Positions 36,864 through 47,019 of a stretch of 64,000 nt of DNA are shown here, piece after piece (position 1 is the first letter of the stretch; each line of letters starts with the position of its first letter). The position numbers were made by a program, and so were the translations under genes. The stretch comes from Prochloraceae cyanobacterium (lineage in GTDB: Bacteria; Cyanobacteriota; Cyanobacteriia; Cyanobacteriales; JASJDA01): positions 27,122 to 91,121 of the forward strand of contig JASJDA010000002.1 in assembly GCA_030065755.1 (NCBI GenBank). The letters are read 5' to 3'. Below the pieces are notes generated by a model, which ran no database searches, was not told the origin of the DNA, and was given only the letters and a program-made list of their open reading frames with translations.

Positions 36864-38033
36864 GTGAGAAAGCAGCAGTGTCCTTTAAATTCTTTAAGAG
36901 AAGGTAACTGGTTTAAGCTAATCTGCGGAGCCAGTTTTCAACACCTACCGGCTATTCGCAGTCTTGCATTAGTATATGCCCTAGCTGGTGCCGACTGTAT
37001 AGATGTAGCTGCCGATCGAGCGGTAATAACAGCAGTAAAAGAGGCTTTAACCACAGCCAAAAAGTTGGCAGAAACAAAAAATACAGGAGAATTTAATTGG
37101 CAAGGTCTGCCGTGGTTAATGGTAAGTTTGAATGATGGAGAAGACCCTCATTTCCGTAAAGCCGAATTTGAGGCACAAAAATGCCCTGCAAACTGCTCGG
37201 CTCCCTGCGAAAAGATCTGCCCAGCAGGAGCGATAAAGACCAATTTTACAGGCGAAAATTTTTCAGGGATTATAGCCGATCGCTGTTACGGTTGCGGGAG
37301 ATGTTTACCTGTTTGTCCGGTACAAATAATTGAAACTCGCTCTTACGTATCAAAAAAAGAAGCGATCGTTCCTTTAATTGCACAAAACCAGATTGATGCC
37401 ATAGAAATTCACACCCGTGTTGGTAATAGAGAAGGTTTTAAAAATCTCTGGGAAGCGATCGCTCCCGTGTCAGATCGACTCAAATTATTATCAATCAGTT
37501 GTGGAGACGATCCAAATTTAATTGAATACCTAAAATCCCTCTATGAAATTATCAATCCCATATCAATTCCTTTAATTTGGCAGACAGACGGTCGTCCCAT
37601 GAGTGGAGATTTAGGAATTGGTACCACCAGAGCATCCGTTAGATTGGCTCAAAAAGTCTTAGCTGCTGGCTTACCAGGATACGTTCAGCTAGCGGGAGGT
37701 ACGAATCATCATACTACAGTCAGGCTAAGAGCTGCTGGAATGCTCAACGACGGCGATCGGCTAGATAAACCAAAACATCCCTTTGTATCGGGAGTTGCTT
37801 ATGGCAGCTACGCTCGCTCTCTGCTCTCACCAATTTTAGAAAAATTAGAGAGAGTCGATGGAGAAAATTTAAATGCCCAAATCCAAGCAATACGGGGACT
37901 AGAAGACTGTCAGGACTTGCTATCTTCGGCTCTTCAATTAGCTTATTCCCTAGTTTCTCAGCTCAAAAATAACGCTAAAAGTTGCTTTTTACCCGAAGAC
38001 TCAGGTACAACACAACTAATAAATAGCGATTAA
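36864..38033 (+). CDS. ldpA: LdpA-like iron-sulfur protein (light-dependent period)
   Basis: GNWFKLICGASFQHLPAIRSLALVYALAGADCIDVAAD plus two 4Fe-4S motifs (CPANCSAPCEKICP, CYGCGRCLPVCP). Family call is from memory. Confidence 0.6.
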   Translation: MRKQQCPLNSLREGNWFKLICGASFQHLPAIRSLALVYALAGADCIDVAADRAVITAVKEALTTAKKLAETKNTGEFNWQGLPWLMVSLNDGEDPHFRKAEFEAQKCPANCSAPCEKICPAGAIKTNFTGENFSGIIADRCYGCGRCLPVCPVQIIETRSYVSKKEAIVPLIAQNQIDAIEIHTRVGNREGFKNLWEAIAPVSDRLKLLSISCGDDPNLIEYLKSLYEIINPISIPLIWQTDGRPMSGDLGIGTTRASVRLAQKVLAAGLPGYVQLAGGTNHHTTVRLRAAGMLNDGDRLDKPKHPFVSGVAYGSYARSLLSPILEKLERVDGENLNAQIQAIRGLEDCQDLLSSALQLAYSLVSQLKNNAKSCFLPEDSGTTQLINSD

Positions 38034-38055
38034 TAATTGACTGAATAGATCGTAT

Positions 38056-39876
38056 ATGGAACAACTCCAACCGAGCGCTCCTTTAAAAAAACAAGCTTTA
38101 TCCCCAGAAAAATTCCCATTAACGCAGGAGACCATCCCACCACCACCAAGAATGCAGAAAGTCACAGACGATTTGAATAAATTGCTAGAAATTTTGCCCC
38201 AACAAATTCGAGCAAAAATAGAAGAACATCCAAAACGCGATCGCCTAGTAGAAGTAGTTATGGATGTAGGAAGAAACCCAGAGGCTCGCTTCCCAGATGA
38301 AGTATGCTACTTAGGAGAACAACTAGTATCTAAACAGGATATAGATTATAGCATAGAAAAAGTTAGTAACTTCAGTGGGGATAACCGAGCAGGTATCGAA
38401 CGCACCCTACACAGAATTAGCGCTATTCGCAATCGTACCGGAGAAATAATTGGTCTGACCTGTCGCGTCGGTCGAGCAGTTTTCGGCACTATAGTAGGAA
38501 TTCGCGACTTAATAGAAACAGGGAAAAGTTTACTTCTACTCGGTCGTCCAGGAGTCGGAAAAACTACAGCATTACGAGAAATTGCCAGAGTATTAGCCGA
38601 CGATTTTCACAAAAGAGTAGTAATTATTGACACTTCCAATGAAATTGCTGGAGATGGGGACATACCCCACCCTGCTATTGGTCGCGCTAGAAGAATGCAA
38701 GTTGCTCGTCCAGAATTACAGCATCAAGTGATGATTGAGGCAGTGGAAAACCACATGCCAGAAGTAATAGTTATTGACGAAATCGGTACGGAATTAGAAG
38801 CCTTAGCCGCTCGGACTATTGCTGAAAGAGGAGTACAACTAGTAGGTACAGCTCACGGCAATCGTCTGGAAAACCTGATTAAAAATCCCACTCTATCTGA
38901 CTTAGTAGGGGGAATTCAAGCAGTAACTCTAGGAGATGAAGAAGCCAGACGCAGAGGCTCCCAGAAGACCGTTTTAGAGCGCAAAGCACCCCCTACCTTT
39001 GAAATGGCCATAGAAATGCAGGAGCGTCAGCGCTGGGCAATTCACGAAGATGTTTCCCATACTGTCGATCGATTGTTGCGGGGACAAGAACCCGCGTTGC
39101 AAGTAAGGACGGTTAAAGAAGACGGAGAAGTCGAGATTACTCAAGAAATGCCACAGCGATCGGCAACTGCTTCAGGAGCCAGAACTACTTTATCTCAAAC
39201 TCCTGCTAGACCAGTAGGTTGGAGAGCTTCAGGACGAATGACTCCTCTCTCGCCAATAGGAGATCTGTCCGATCGCGATCGAGAGTCAGATTTCGAGCAG
39301 ATGCTCGCTCGTTCTTGGCATCAAGAAGACGAGTTGGATAAAATGCGCGTACCAGGACCAAATGGGGAAGATTTACCCGTTTACATCTATCCCTATGGTA
39401 TAGGTCGCTCTCAGATACAGCAGACGATCGAAATTCTCAATCTTCCCGTGGTCTTGACAAAAGACATGAGTAGTGCTGATGCGGTGTTAGCTCTGCGATC
39501 GCACGCTAAAAATCATCCCAAACTGCGACATATTGCCAGGGCGCGTCAAATTCCGATTCACGTCATCAAATCTGGTTCTATTCCTCAAATTACTCGCGGA
39601 TTGCGCCGAATTTTAAACATAGACGACCCCAAATTGCCAGAAGCGGCTGACTTACGTCTATTTGTCCAAGATGGTACGGACGACGAAATTGAGGCACTAG
39701 AAGAAGCCAGATTAGCTGTAGAACAAATAGTAATTCCCAAAGGACAACCAGTAGAATTATTACCGCGATCGCCCAAAGTCCGCAAAATGCAACACGAATT
39801 GGTCGAACACTATCGTCTCAATTCTGATAGTTTCGGCGAAGAACCTAACCGCAGACTGCGCATTTATCCCGCTTAA
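38056..39876 (+). CDS. Ycf45/SpoIIIAA-like AAA ATPase with C-terminal R3H-type region
   Basis: LLLGRPGVGKTTALREI (Walker A), VIVIDEIG (Walker B), GVQLVGTAHG. 606 aa. Confidence 0.7.
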   Translation: MEQLQPSAPLKKQALSPEKFPLTQETIPPPPRMQKVTDDLNKLLEILPQQIRAKIEEHPKRDRLVEVVMDVGRNPEARFPDEVCYLGEQLVSKQDIDYSIEKVSNFSGDNRAGIERTLHRISAIRNRTGEIIGLTCRVGRAVFGTIVGIRDLIETGKSLLLLGRPGVGKTTALREIARVLADDFHKRVVIIDTSNEIAGDGDIPHPAIGRARRMQVARPELQHQVMIEAVENHMPEVIVIDEIGTELEALAARTIAERGVQLVGTAHGNRLENLIKNPTLSDLVGGIQAVTLGDEEARRRGSQKTVLERKAPPTFEMAIEMQERQRWAIHEDVSHTVDRLLRGQEPALQVRTVKEDGEVEITQEMPQRSATASGARTTLSQTPARPVGWRASGRMTPLSPIGDLSDRDRESDFEQMLARSWHQEDELDKMRVPGPNGEDLPVYIYPYGIGRSQIQQTIEILNLPVVLTKDMSSADAVLALRSHAKNHPKLRHIARARQIPIHVIKSGSIPQITRGLRRILNIDDPKLPEAADLRLFVQDGTDDEIEALEEARLAVEQIVIPKGQPVELLPRSPKVRKMQHELVEHYRLNSDSFGEEPNRRLRIYPA

Positions 39877-39945
39877 AGTAAGTTCTCTAACCAATAAGCA
39901 AAAAAATTTGGTAGCCTATCCTAATAGCGATCGGAAAATAGCAGC

Positions 39946-41109
39946 GTGGACATTCAAATTGGTCGAGGTAAAACGGCTCGTCGAGCCTATGGAATCGATG
40001 AAATTGCACTGGTACCTGGAGCAAGAACCCTAGATCCAACTCTTGCAGATACTAGCTGGGAAATAGGTAAAATTAAGCGAGAAATTCCCATTATCGCTAG
40101 TGCTATGGACGGCGTAGTTGACGTAAAAATGGCAGCGTTGCTCTCAGAACTTGGAGCAATGGGAGTTTTGAATTTAGAAGGCATCCAAACTCGCTATGCC
40201 GATCCAGAACCAGTTTTAAATAAAATTGCCACAGTGGGCAAGTCAGAATTTGTCGGACTGATGCAAGAATTATATGCCGAACCAATTAAATCAGAATTGA
40301 TTCAAAAAAGGATCGGACAAATTAAGGAACGAGGAGGTATTGCGGCAGTTAGTTTGACTCCTGCTGCCGCCTTAAAATATGGGGAAGTGGTAGCATCTGC
40401 AGCTCCAGATATATTATTTGTTCAAGCAACAGTTGTTTCTACCGCTCACCTGTCTCCTGGATCGTCAACGCCCCTAGATTTAGTAGAATTTTGCCAGCAA
40501 ATGCCTATGCCAGTGGTTTTAGGCAATTGCGTTACTTATGAAGTGACTCTAAATCTAATGAAGTCTGGCGCTGCAGGTATTTTAGTAGGTATTGGCCCTG
40601 GTGCTGCTTGTACTTCTCGCGGCGTTTTAGGAGTTGGCGTACCGCAAGCAACTGCGATCGCTGACTGCGCTGCTGCCAGAGAAGATTATTACGCTCAAAC
40701 AGGCAAATACGTTCCCGTAATTGCTGATGGTGGTATCGTTACCGGAGGAGATATTTGTAAGTGTATTGCTTGCGGTGCTGATGCGGTAATGATTGGTTCT
40801 CCCATTGCTAGAGCTAGTGAAGCACCAGGAAAAGATTATCATTGGGGTATGGCTACCCCTAGCCCTGTTTTACCTCGCGGAACTCGCATTAATGTGGGTA
40901 CCACGGGGACAATTAGGGAAATTCTAGTTGGTCCTGCTAAGCTCGATGACGGAACTCACAACCTTTTGGGCGCTCTCAAAACTAGCATGGGAACTTTAGG
41001 AGCTAAAAATCTCAAAGAGATGCAACAAGTAGAAGTTATTATTGCCCCCTCTTTGCTCACTGAGGGAAAAGTCTATCAGAAAGCACAACAATTGGGTATG
41101 GGCAAGTAA
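39946..41109 (+). CDS. GuaB3-type IMP dehydrogenase-related protein
   Basis: GTG start, 387 aa. IMPDH/GMPR barrel without CBS insert (IIASAMDGV..., [28 protein letters not shown]). Confidence 0.8.
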   Translation: MDIQIGRGKTARRAYGIDEIALVPGARTLDPTLADTSWEIGKIKREIPIIASAMDGVVDVKMAALLSELGAMGVLNLEGIQTRYADPEPVLNKIATVGKSEFVGLMQELYAEPIKSELIQKRIGQIKERGGIAAVSLTPAAALKYGEVVASAAPDILFVQATVVSTAHLSPGSSTPLDLVEFCQQMPMPVVLGNCVTYEVTLNLMKSGAAGILVGIGPGAACTSRGVLGVGVPQATAIADCAAAREDYYAQTGKYVPVIADGGIVTGGDICKCIACGADAVMIGSPIARASEAPGKDYHWGMATPSPVLPRGTRINVGTTGTIREILVGPAKLDDGTHNLLGALKTSMGTLGAKNLKEMQQVEVIIAPSLLTEGKVYQKAQQLGMGK

Positions 41110-41116
41110 TTGGTGA

Positions 41117-41229
41117 GTTCAGGGGTTTGAGGTCAGAAGTTAAATTATTATAATTAACTTAGATACTGAAGTATTTTGTTTTCTCGGTTTAACCTAAACC
41201 TCTGACTTCTGACCCCTGACCTCTGACCC
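41117..41229. repeat. heptamer-arm hairpin (CTGACCT repeats)
   Basis: gttcaggggtttgaggtcagaagt ... acttctgacccctgacctctgaccc, with inverted arms around an AT-rich loop, lying between convergent genes. Confidence 0.7.
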
Positions 41230-41260
41230 AACTAAAAAGGAAATTGCTATTAGTTTATCT

Positions 41261-41797
41261 TCAGAGGGCACCTCTATATCTTCTGCCTCGTCTTTCTCTT
41301 CGCCTTTGCATTAGTTCTGTAAATTTTTGGCGTTGTTCTGCAGTCATTATTTGCCGCATTTCTAGCATACTTTCAAAGCGTAATTTGCTTATCTCTTGTT
41401 GGAGTTCTAGATATTCTCGGTGCTTAGCTCTTATTGCTGATTCTGTTGCCGTCCCAGCCATCAGATTTCTCAGCTCTTCCCGTGTCGATTTCATTTTTTC
41501 CCGAACTGGAGAAAGTTTCGAGCGATATTTTTGCCGAATTTCTCTCATCTGATTCTGTTGCTCTTCAGTAAGACCGAGTTCTTCAATAAATCTGCCCCTA
41601 CGTCTTTCCCATCTCGGTTTGTCTCTCTCTGTCTGGTTTTGTGCTAAGTTTGGGCTTTCTCGTTCAGCGGAAGAGTAAGTGTTTTGGTTTGACGAAAGAT
41701 TTGCTCGCACTAAATTAACATTGACAAGATGAATAGCACCAATGGCAGCAACAACAGAAAGATAACGAAATAACATGATAATTACCTCTTTAAACAA
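41261..41797 (-). CDS. Spy/CpxP-family periplasmic protein (LTXXQ motifs)
   Basis: Signal-like N-terminus. LGLTEEQQNQMREIRQKY and MTAEQRQKFTELMQ are LTXXQ repeats. Last gene of the ECF operon. Confidence 0.65.
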   Translation of the reverse strand: MFKEVIIMLFRYLSVVAAIGAIHLVNVNLVRANLSSNQNTYSSAERESPNLAQNQTERDKPRWERRRGRFIEELGLTEEQQNQMREIRQKYRSKLSPVREKMKSTREELRNLMAGTATESAIRAKHREYLELQQEISKLRFESMLEMRQIMTAEQRQKFTELMQRRRERRGRRYRGAL

Positions 41798-41799
41798 CT

Positions 41800-42186
41800 T
41801 TATTTTTCAAATTCTGTTTCATCTAGAGAATCTTGTGTATCTCGATCGCCTAAAATAAGCCAATCTGTTTCGGGACTCTCAATAGGAGAAGAAAAAGACT
41901 CGTTACCGATCGCTCCATCCCAGCTATTGACCATAAATATTTCTAGTTCAGCAGTAGTAGTTGAAGGGGTGAAGAACCGATATCCTAATAAAGATACTAG
42001 AAGAGCCCCAACTGTAACTGAAGCTAAATGCAGCAGCGAATAACGCTTTCGCTCTACCGCAACAGGTTGAGAATCGATCGATTCCATTAACTGTTGTTCG
42101 AGATTTACTGTCTCTTGGGGAGCAATCGGACGATATTGCTTGAGAAATTTAACTAAACGTTTGTCATCTGGGTCAAACTCAGTCAT
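41800..42186 (-). CDS. putative anti-sigma factor (single-pass membrane protein)
   Basis: 128 aa, one TM helix (LLHLASVTVGALLVSLLGY). Its start overlaps the stop codon of the ECF sigma gene by 4 nt. Confidence 0.55.
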   Translation of the reverse strand: MTEFDPDDKRLVKFLKQYRPIAPQETVNLEQQLMESIDSQPVAVERKRYSLLHLASVTVGALLVSLLGYRFFTPSTTTAELEIFMVNSWDGAIGNESFSSPIESPETDWLILGDRDTQDSLDETEFEK

Positions 42187-42800
42187 AATGAAGCTCCTTG
42201 TTCCTGAAGAAATTTTCTAATCGCTTTGCGAGCGTGAAAAAGACGAGATTTAACCGTACCTAAAGGTATATTTAAAATTTCGGCTATTTCCTTTTGTGCC
42301 ACGTCCTCTAAATCGTGCAATACTAAAACTGCCCGATGTTCTAGACTTAGATTTTGCAATCCTCGCTGCACTAGGTCTTGATAGTGTAACTGCATTAAGT
42401 CAGGAGAATCTTGAGGTCGCGAAGCGCAATCGCTGGCAAAATGTTCTTCACGAGCAAGCTCTACTGAAAAAATTTCTGCCTCTTGTTTTTGTCTCCATCG
42501 CCTACTCTTAGCTAAATGTCGCCGTCGATCGCTTGCTACGTTCCAGGTTATGCGATATATCCATGTAGCAAAATAAGAAGCTTCTCGCAGTTTAGGCAAT
42601 CCTTTCCAGACTCTCAGAAAAACTTCTTGCTCTAGATCGTCCAATAAATATTCTCCACAAAGCTGGTAGAGAGTCGATCTGACTCGCTTGTGATAGCGTC
42701 GATAGAGTTCGCCAAAGGAAGAGCGATCGCCCTGCTGAGTCAGCAGTACTAGCTGTGTATCTGGAGTCTCAGCTCGATCGTCCTTTAACACCTTTATCAT
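42183..42800 (-). CDS. ECF-type RNA polymerase sigma factor
   Basis: Region 2 (FGELYRRYHKRVRSTLYQL...EQEVFLRVWKGL...TWIYRITWNVASD) and region 4 (VLVLHDLEDVAQKEIAEILNIPLGTVKSRLFHAR). Confidence 0.85.
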   Translation of the reverse strand: MIKVLKDDRAETPDTQLVLLTQQGDRSSFGELYRRYHKRVRSTLYQLCGEYLLDDLEQEVFLRVWKGLPKLREASYFATWIYRITWNVASDRRRHLAKSRRWRQKQEAEIFSVELAREEHFASDCASRPQDSPDLMQLHYQDLVQRGLQNLSLEHRAVLVLHDLEDVAQKEIAEILNIPLGTVKSRLFHARKAIRKFLQEQGASL

Positions 42801-43413
42801 TTCTCTCCCATGTTTATGTGTTCTTATAGACCTGGGGAAGACAAAAAAGGTTTATATCTAATTTGAGAAATTTTTACCGAGACTTTTAGTAATTACTAAC
42901 GGGAGCAACGCGATCGAGCTGGATTTGACCCAGCAGGCGATCGCGGATGGCACAAGCATTCTGACTCTAGTTGATTGACTAGCAAAAAATCGCAAAGTTC
43001 ATATTCTACACCAAACAATTTTAAGGAAAGAATGAGCCTTTAAGCGAACGTCCGTGCAGACTTCAAAAAAGAAATCGGCTATAAAGTTAAAAACCCTCGT
43101 TCTGTGTTGAGTTTACTGTTTATTAAGCTCTCATTACCAAAAGGGGCTTCTACTATTTATACTCCCATACCTGGAACTACTATTGTTGCTCCAACTAATT
43201 AAGTAATTGTGCCCTTAGATTTAATTGGATTATTGGCAACTCTCAGCACTATTGCTGCTGGACTAGTTGGCATTATGATAACTTTATGGTTATTTCATAA
43301 AGTTATCAGATAGAAATAGATAAATTATCAACATATATTGAAAAATCTGTCTTTTTTACTAACTCCTTGTTGATCTTTTCTAGATTCTGTTTTCTTGCTC
43401 AGAGGTAAAAATC

Positions 43414-44610
43414 GTGTCTGTTTCCTCATCTTCTAGAATCATACGTCAAACTGGCATTTATGGTCTTCTTGTGGTGACTAACGTGGCTCTAACTTTGGGT
43501 TTATTGAAAGTATTTCCTCAACTTTTACCCGACAATCGCTCACAAGTTGCTCCCCATACTTTAGTTTTGCCCGATAATAAGCAACATCCTAACTTCGTAA
43601 CTGCAGCAGTGAATAAAGTAGGTGAAGCAGTAGTGAGGATCGATATTGAACGTACTGTTAGGACTAATGTGGAGATTCCTTTCTTTAAAAATCCTTTTTT
43701 CCGTGATTTTTTTGGTGAAGGTATCCTACCTCGAATCCCCAAAGAATACCAGCAGCTCGAGCAGGGGTCTGGATTTATTATTGACAGTAATGGAATTATT
43801 CTCACTAATGCCCACGTGGTTAGTGGTGCAGAGGAAGTCATCGTCACACTGAAAGACGGACGAACTTTTCAAGGAGTTATTCAAGGAATTGACGAGCCTT
43901 CAGACTTGGCAGTAGTAAAAATTAGAGGAAAAAATTTGCCCTTTACCTCTTTAGGGGATTCGAGTCAGTTACAAGTTGGAGACTGGGCGATCGCCGTTGG
44001 CAACCCTTTGGGTCTCGATAATACCGTCACTTTCGGCATTATTAGCTCCCTCAATCGTTCTAGCTTTGAAATTGGCATTCCCGACACGCGTCTCGATTTT
44101 ATTCAAACTGATACCTCTATAAATCCTGGTAATTCTGGAGGACCTTTGTTAAACCGTAAGGGAGAAGTAATTGGGATTAATACCGCTATTCTGGCTGACG
44201 CAGAAGGGATTGGTTTTGCCATTCCCATCAATAAAGCTAAAGCTATTAAAGACCAATTGGCTCGCGGGGAAAATATCCCTCATCCTTATATTGGTATTCG
44301 CATGTTAAGTTTAACTCCCGAAATTGCCCAACAATTGAATCAACCTCCTAATTATTTTGGCCGAGTTCCTCAAATCAAAGGAATATTAGTGGTGCAGGTA
44401 GTTCCTGATAGTCCGGCTGCTGTTGCGGGGTTACTTCGGGGTGATGTGATTACTTTAATTAAAGGAACTGAGATTGAAACTGCCGAACAGCTACAAAATT
44501 TAGTTGAAGAAAGTCAAATTGGCAAACCATTGACTATGACTATCAGACGGGGAGAACAAACTCTAGAGCTTTCTGTTACTCCTCAAGAGTTACAAAAAAA
44601 GACCAATTAA
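43414..44610 (+). CDS. HtrA/DegP-family serine protease with PDZ domain
   Basis: ILTNAHVV (His), DLAVVKI (Asp), TSINPGNSGGPLL (Ser), C-terminal PDZ (GILVVQVVPDSPAAVAGLLRGDVI). Confidence 0.9.
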   Translation: MSVSSSSRIIRQTGIYGLLVVTNVALTLGLLKVFPQLLPDNRSQVAPHTLVLPDNKQHPNFVTAAVNKVGEAVVRIDIERTVRTNVEIPFFKNPFFRDFFGEGILPRIPKEYQQLEQGSGFIIDSNGIILTNAHVVSGAEEVIVTLKDGRTFQGVIQGIDEPSDLAVVKIRGKNLPFTSLGDSSQLQVGDWAIAVGNPLGLDNTVTFGIISSLNRSSFEIGIPDTRLDFIQTDTSINPGNSGGPLLNRKGEVIGINTAILADAEGIGFAIPINKAKAIKDQLARGENIPHPYIGIRMLSLTPEIAQQLNQPPNYFGRVPQIKGILVVQVVPDSPAAVAGLLRGDVITLIKGTEIETAEQLQNLVEESQIGKPLTMTIRRGEQTLELSVTPQELQKKTN

Positions 44611-44809
44611 ATAAATAATCTACAAAGCTAAGTAATACAAGCATTATATCTGATTTTTACTTTAATAACTGTTTAAGTCCCGTTAGTAATTACTAACTTC
44701 AAAGGAAGCGAGTTGACGGCGCGGATTAAACCAAAGCCTGCGTTAGACTAATAAGTGCGCTACTTGGTCATAAAATCTTGTAGATTCGGCTAGCAATAGG
44801 ACAATATCT

Positions 44810-46279
44810 ATGCCCCCAACCTTACTACTCTCAAGAGAATTACCTACTTTAGAATATACTTCCACCCGCGATCGCTTTGATTCTACCTGGGAAGATCCTC
44901 TCTCCACTCTCCTGGGATTAGGACGGGCTGCTGGTGCTGATTTTATTGAATTTTTCTTAGAAAGAGTTAATTATATCAATTGTTTAGCAGAAGACGATAA
45001 AATAACTAGCATAACTCCCCGTTTGTCAACTGGAGCAGGAGTAAGAGTATTTAAAGGCAAAGCTGACTGTTATGTCAGTACTAACGACCTCTCTTTTAAT
45101 GGACTTAAAGCAGCCTTAGAAAAGGGTTTATCTATTCTGGGACTGCAATTACCAGCCCCTAATTCCTTCGTTCCAGAAATTAACCTAGAATTATTGAGGG
45201 ATTACGCTACAGCTAAAGGCAAAGAAATTTGGCTGCCAGAGTGCAGTTCGATGCGGGAAATGGGAGACATTCTCCTGGCTGCTAATGACAAACTAGAGCA
45301 AAAAGCTGATAAAGTACAATCTCGACGTGCTGTATATTTCCGCGACTGGCAAGAAGTTTTAGTGGCATCTAGTGACGGCACTTTTGCTAGAGATATTCGT
45401 CTGACTCAGTCTGTTGGTTACAATATTTTGTGTGCCGACGGCGCTAATCGTTCTTCAATTAGCAAGCGAGTTGGCAGCACTAGCAATCCTAATTTCTTGC
45501 GCCAATGGGATTACGAAACAGATGCAGCAGAAGTAGCTGAATCTTCGGGTAAAATGCTCTATGCAGATTACGTAGAATCTGGCACTTACCCCATCGTCAT
45601 GGCTAACTCGTTCGGTGGGGTAATCTTCCACGAAGCTTGCGGCCATTTGTTAGAAACTACTCAAATTGAAAAGAAAACTACTCCCTTTATCGATAAAAAA
45701 GGCGAAAAAATTGCTCACGAAAATTTGACCGCTTGGGATGAAGGACTCACAGATAAAGCCTTTGGTACTGTGGACATGGATGATGAAGGAATGCCAGTGC
45801 AAAGAACTCTGTTAATTGAAAATGGCATTCTCAAAAATTTCTTAGCCGATCGCGCTGGTTCATTACGCACCGGACACCCCCGCACTGGAAGCGGTCGCCG
45901 TCAAAGCTATACTTTTGCTGCTGCTTCTAGGATGCGCAATACCTATATTGCTCCTGGAGACTATTCGACAGAGGATATCTTTAACTCGATCGACAAGGGT
46001 ATTTATTGTAAAAAGATGGGTGGCGGTAGTGTTGGCGCTACTGGAGAGTTTAACTTTGCTGTAGAAGAGGCTTATTTAATCGAAAATGGCAAGTTAACCA
46101 AACCACTAAAAGGAGCTACCTTAATCGGAGAAGCTAAAGAAATTATGAATAAGATTTCTATGTGTTCTCAAGATCTCGGTTTAGCACCTGGTTTTTGCGG
46201 TTCTGTTAGTGGCAGCATTTACGTTACTGTCGGACAACCTCACATTAAAGTAGATTCGATTACTGTTGGCGGACGTTAA
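44810..46279 (+). CDS. tldD: TldD-family metalloprotease
   Basis: 489 aa. HEACGHLLE zinc motif and C-terminal GGSV...GEFNF pattern. Confidence 0.85.
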   Translation: MPPTLLLSRELPTLEYTSTRDRFDSTWEDPLSTLLGLGRAAGADFIEFFLERVNYINCLAEDDKITSITPRLSTGAGVRVFKGKADCYVSTNDLSFNGLKAALEKGLSILGLQLPAPNSFVPEINLELLRDYATAKGKEIWLPECSSMREMGDILLAANDKLEQKADKVQSRRAVYFRDWQEVLVASSDGTFARDIRLTQSVGYNILCADGANRSSISKRVGSTSNPNFLRQWDYETDAAEVAESSGKMLYADYVESGTYPIVMANSFGGVIFHEACGHLLETTQIEKKTTPFIDKKGEKIAHENLTAWDEGLTDKAFGTVDMDDEGMPVQRTLLIENGILKNFLADRAGSLRTGHPRTGSGRRQSYTFAAASRMRNTYIAPGDYSTEDIFNSIDKGIYCKKMGGGSVGATGEFNFAVEEAYLIENGKLTKPLKGATLIGEAKEIMNKISMCSQDLGLAPGFCGSVSGSIYVTVGQPHIKVDSITVGGR

Positions 46280-46328
46280 AACAATATCCGTTATTTTTTA
46301 TCTTCTTCCCGCGAGAAGACCCACGCTT

Positions 46329-46478
46329 TCAGCGTGCGGATGAATCGCGGGGCAGCCCTTTAATAAAATCTCTAATAACTTCAGTCATAGTGATTTGTTG
46401 CTTTTTTGCATATTTTTCAAGCTTTTCGTATTCAAGATCGTTAAGTCGAATATTTACTTGTTTTGTTCTTTTTGGCAT
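46329..46478 (-). CDS. small ribbon-helix-helix (MobC/CopG-fold) protein, possibly truncated
   Basis: MPKRTKQVNIRLNDLEYEKLEKYAKKQQITMTEVIRDFI is an RHH pattern. The last codons are encoded by a GC-rich nested hairpin (46306-46345), suggesting a disrupted 3' end. Confidence 0.55.
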   Translation of the reverse strand: MPKRTKQVNIRLNDLEYEKLEKYAKKQQITMTEVIRDFIKGLPRDSSAR

Positions 46479-46799
46479 CTTGACTATTGTATAGCATTGG
46501 CTATACAATAACAATAACACAAAAGCAACTCACTATAAGTTAGACCGCTTATCGGCGGTATAAAAGCAAGATGTACGAAAGGCTAGGAGTTGGGCTGATG
46601 AACGGAGGCTCGAACAACCTCTTAAAAAACCTATGGACTCGATAGAGTACCGAACACCAGCAAATCAAATAACTATAAATTAAACGCTGTAGCGGGGGGC
46701 ACTCGCAAACAGGATAAAAGTACGCTTGGGAAGATATAACCGCTGGGGATTTAATGCTGTTGGTTCAATGCTTGCACCTTTTAGGTAAAGGCGTTTGGT

Positions 46800-46915
46800 T
46801 GCAGGGTGAGGGTTACGCCTCCTTTAAATTTTTAAGTTAAATCGTTGAACCAAGAACCTCGCCGATAAGTTAAGGATTTTTAGGAATCCCCCGACTCCGT
46901 CCGAGAGGATGTCAA
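46800..46915 (+). mobile_element. orphan IS200/IS605 (TnpB-type) right end / omega-RNA-like remnant
   Basis: ggtgagggtta...ggaatcccccgactccgtccgagaggatgtcaa parallels the 3' end of the tnpB at 49396 (agtgagggtta...gagaatctaagacc...ggtcttagagtacgtcaa) and the tnpB at 29565 (agaatctcctgaat...ttcaggagagtgtcaa). No tnpB ORF is attached. Confidence 0.5.
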
Positions 46916-47019
46916 TTTGTCAGCACAAAGGTGTTGACTTTTTTTTTGTTTTACATTTAAACGTGGAAAGGGAGACATCATCTTGATGCTGTAAATAGCT
47001 ATAAACAAGATCGAGCTTT

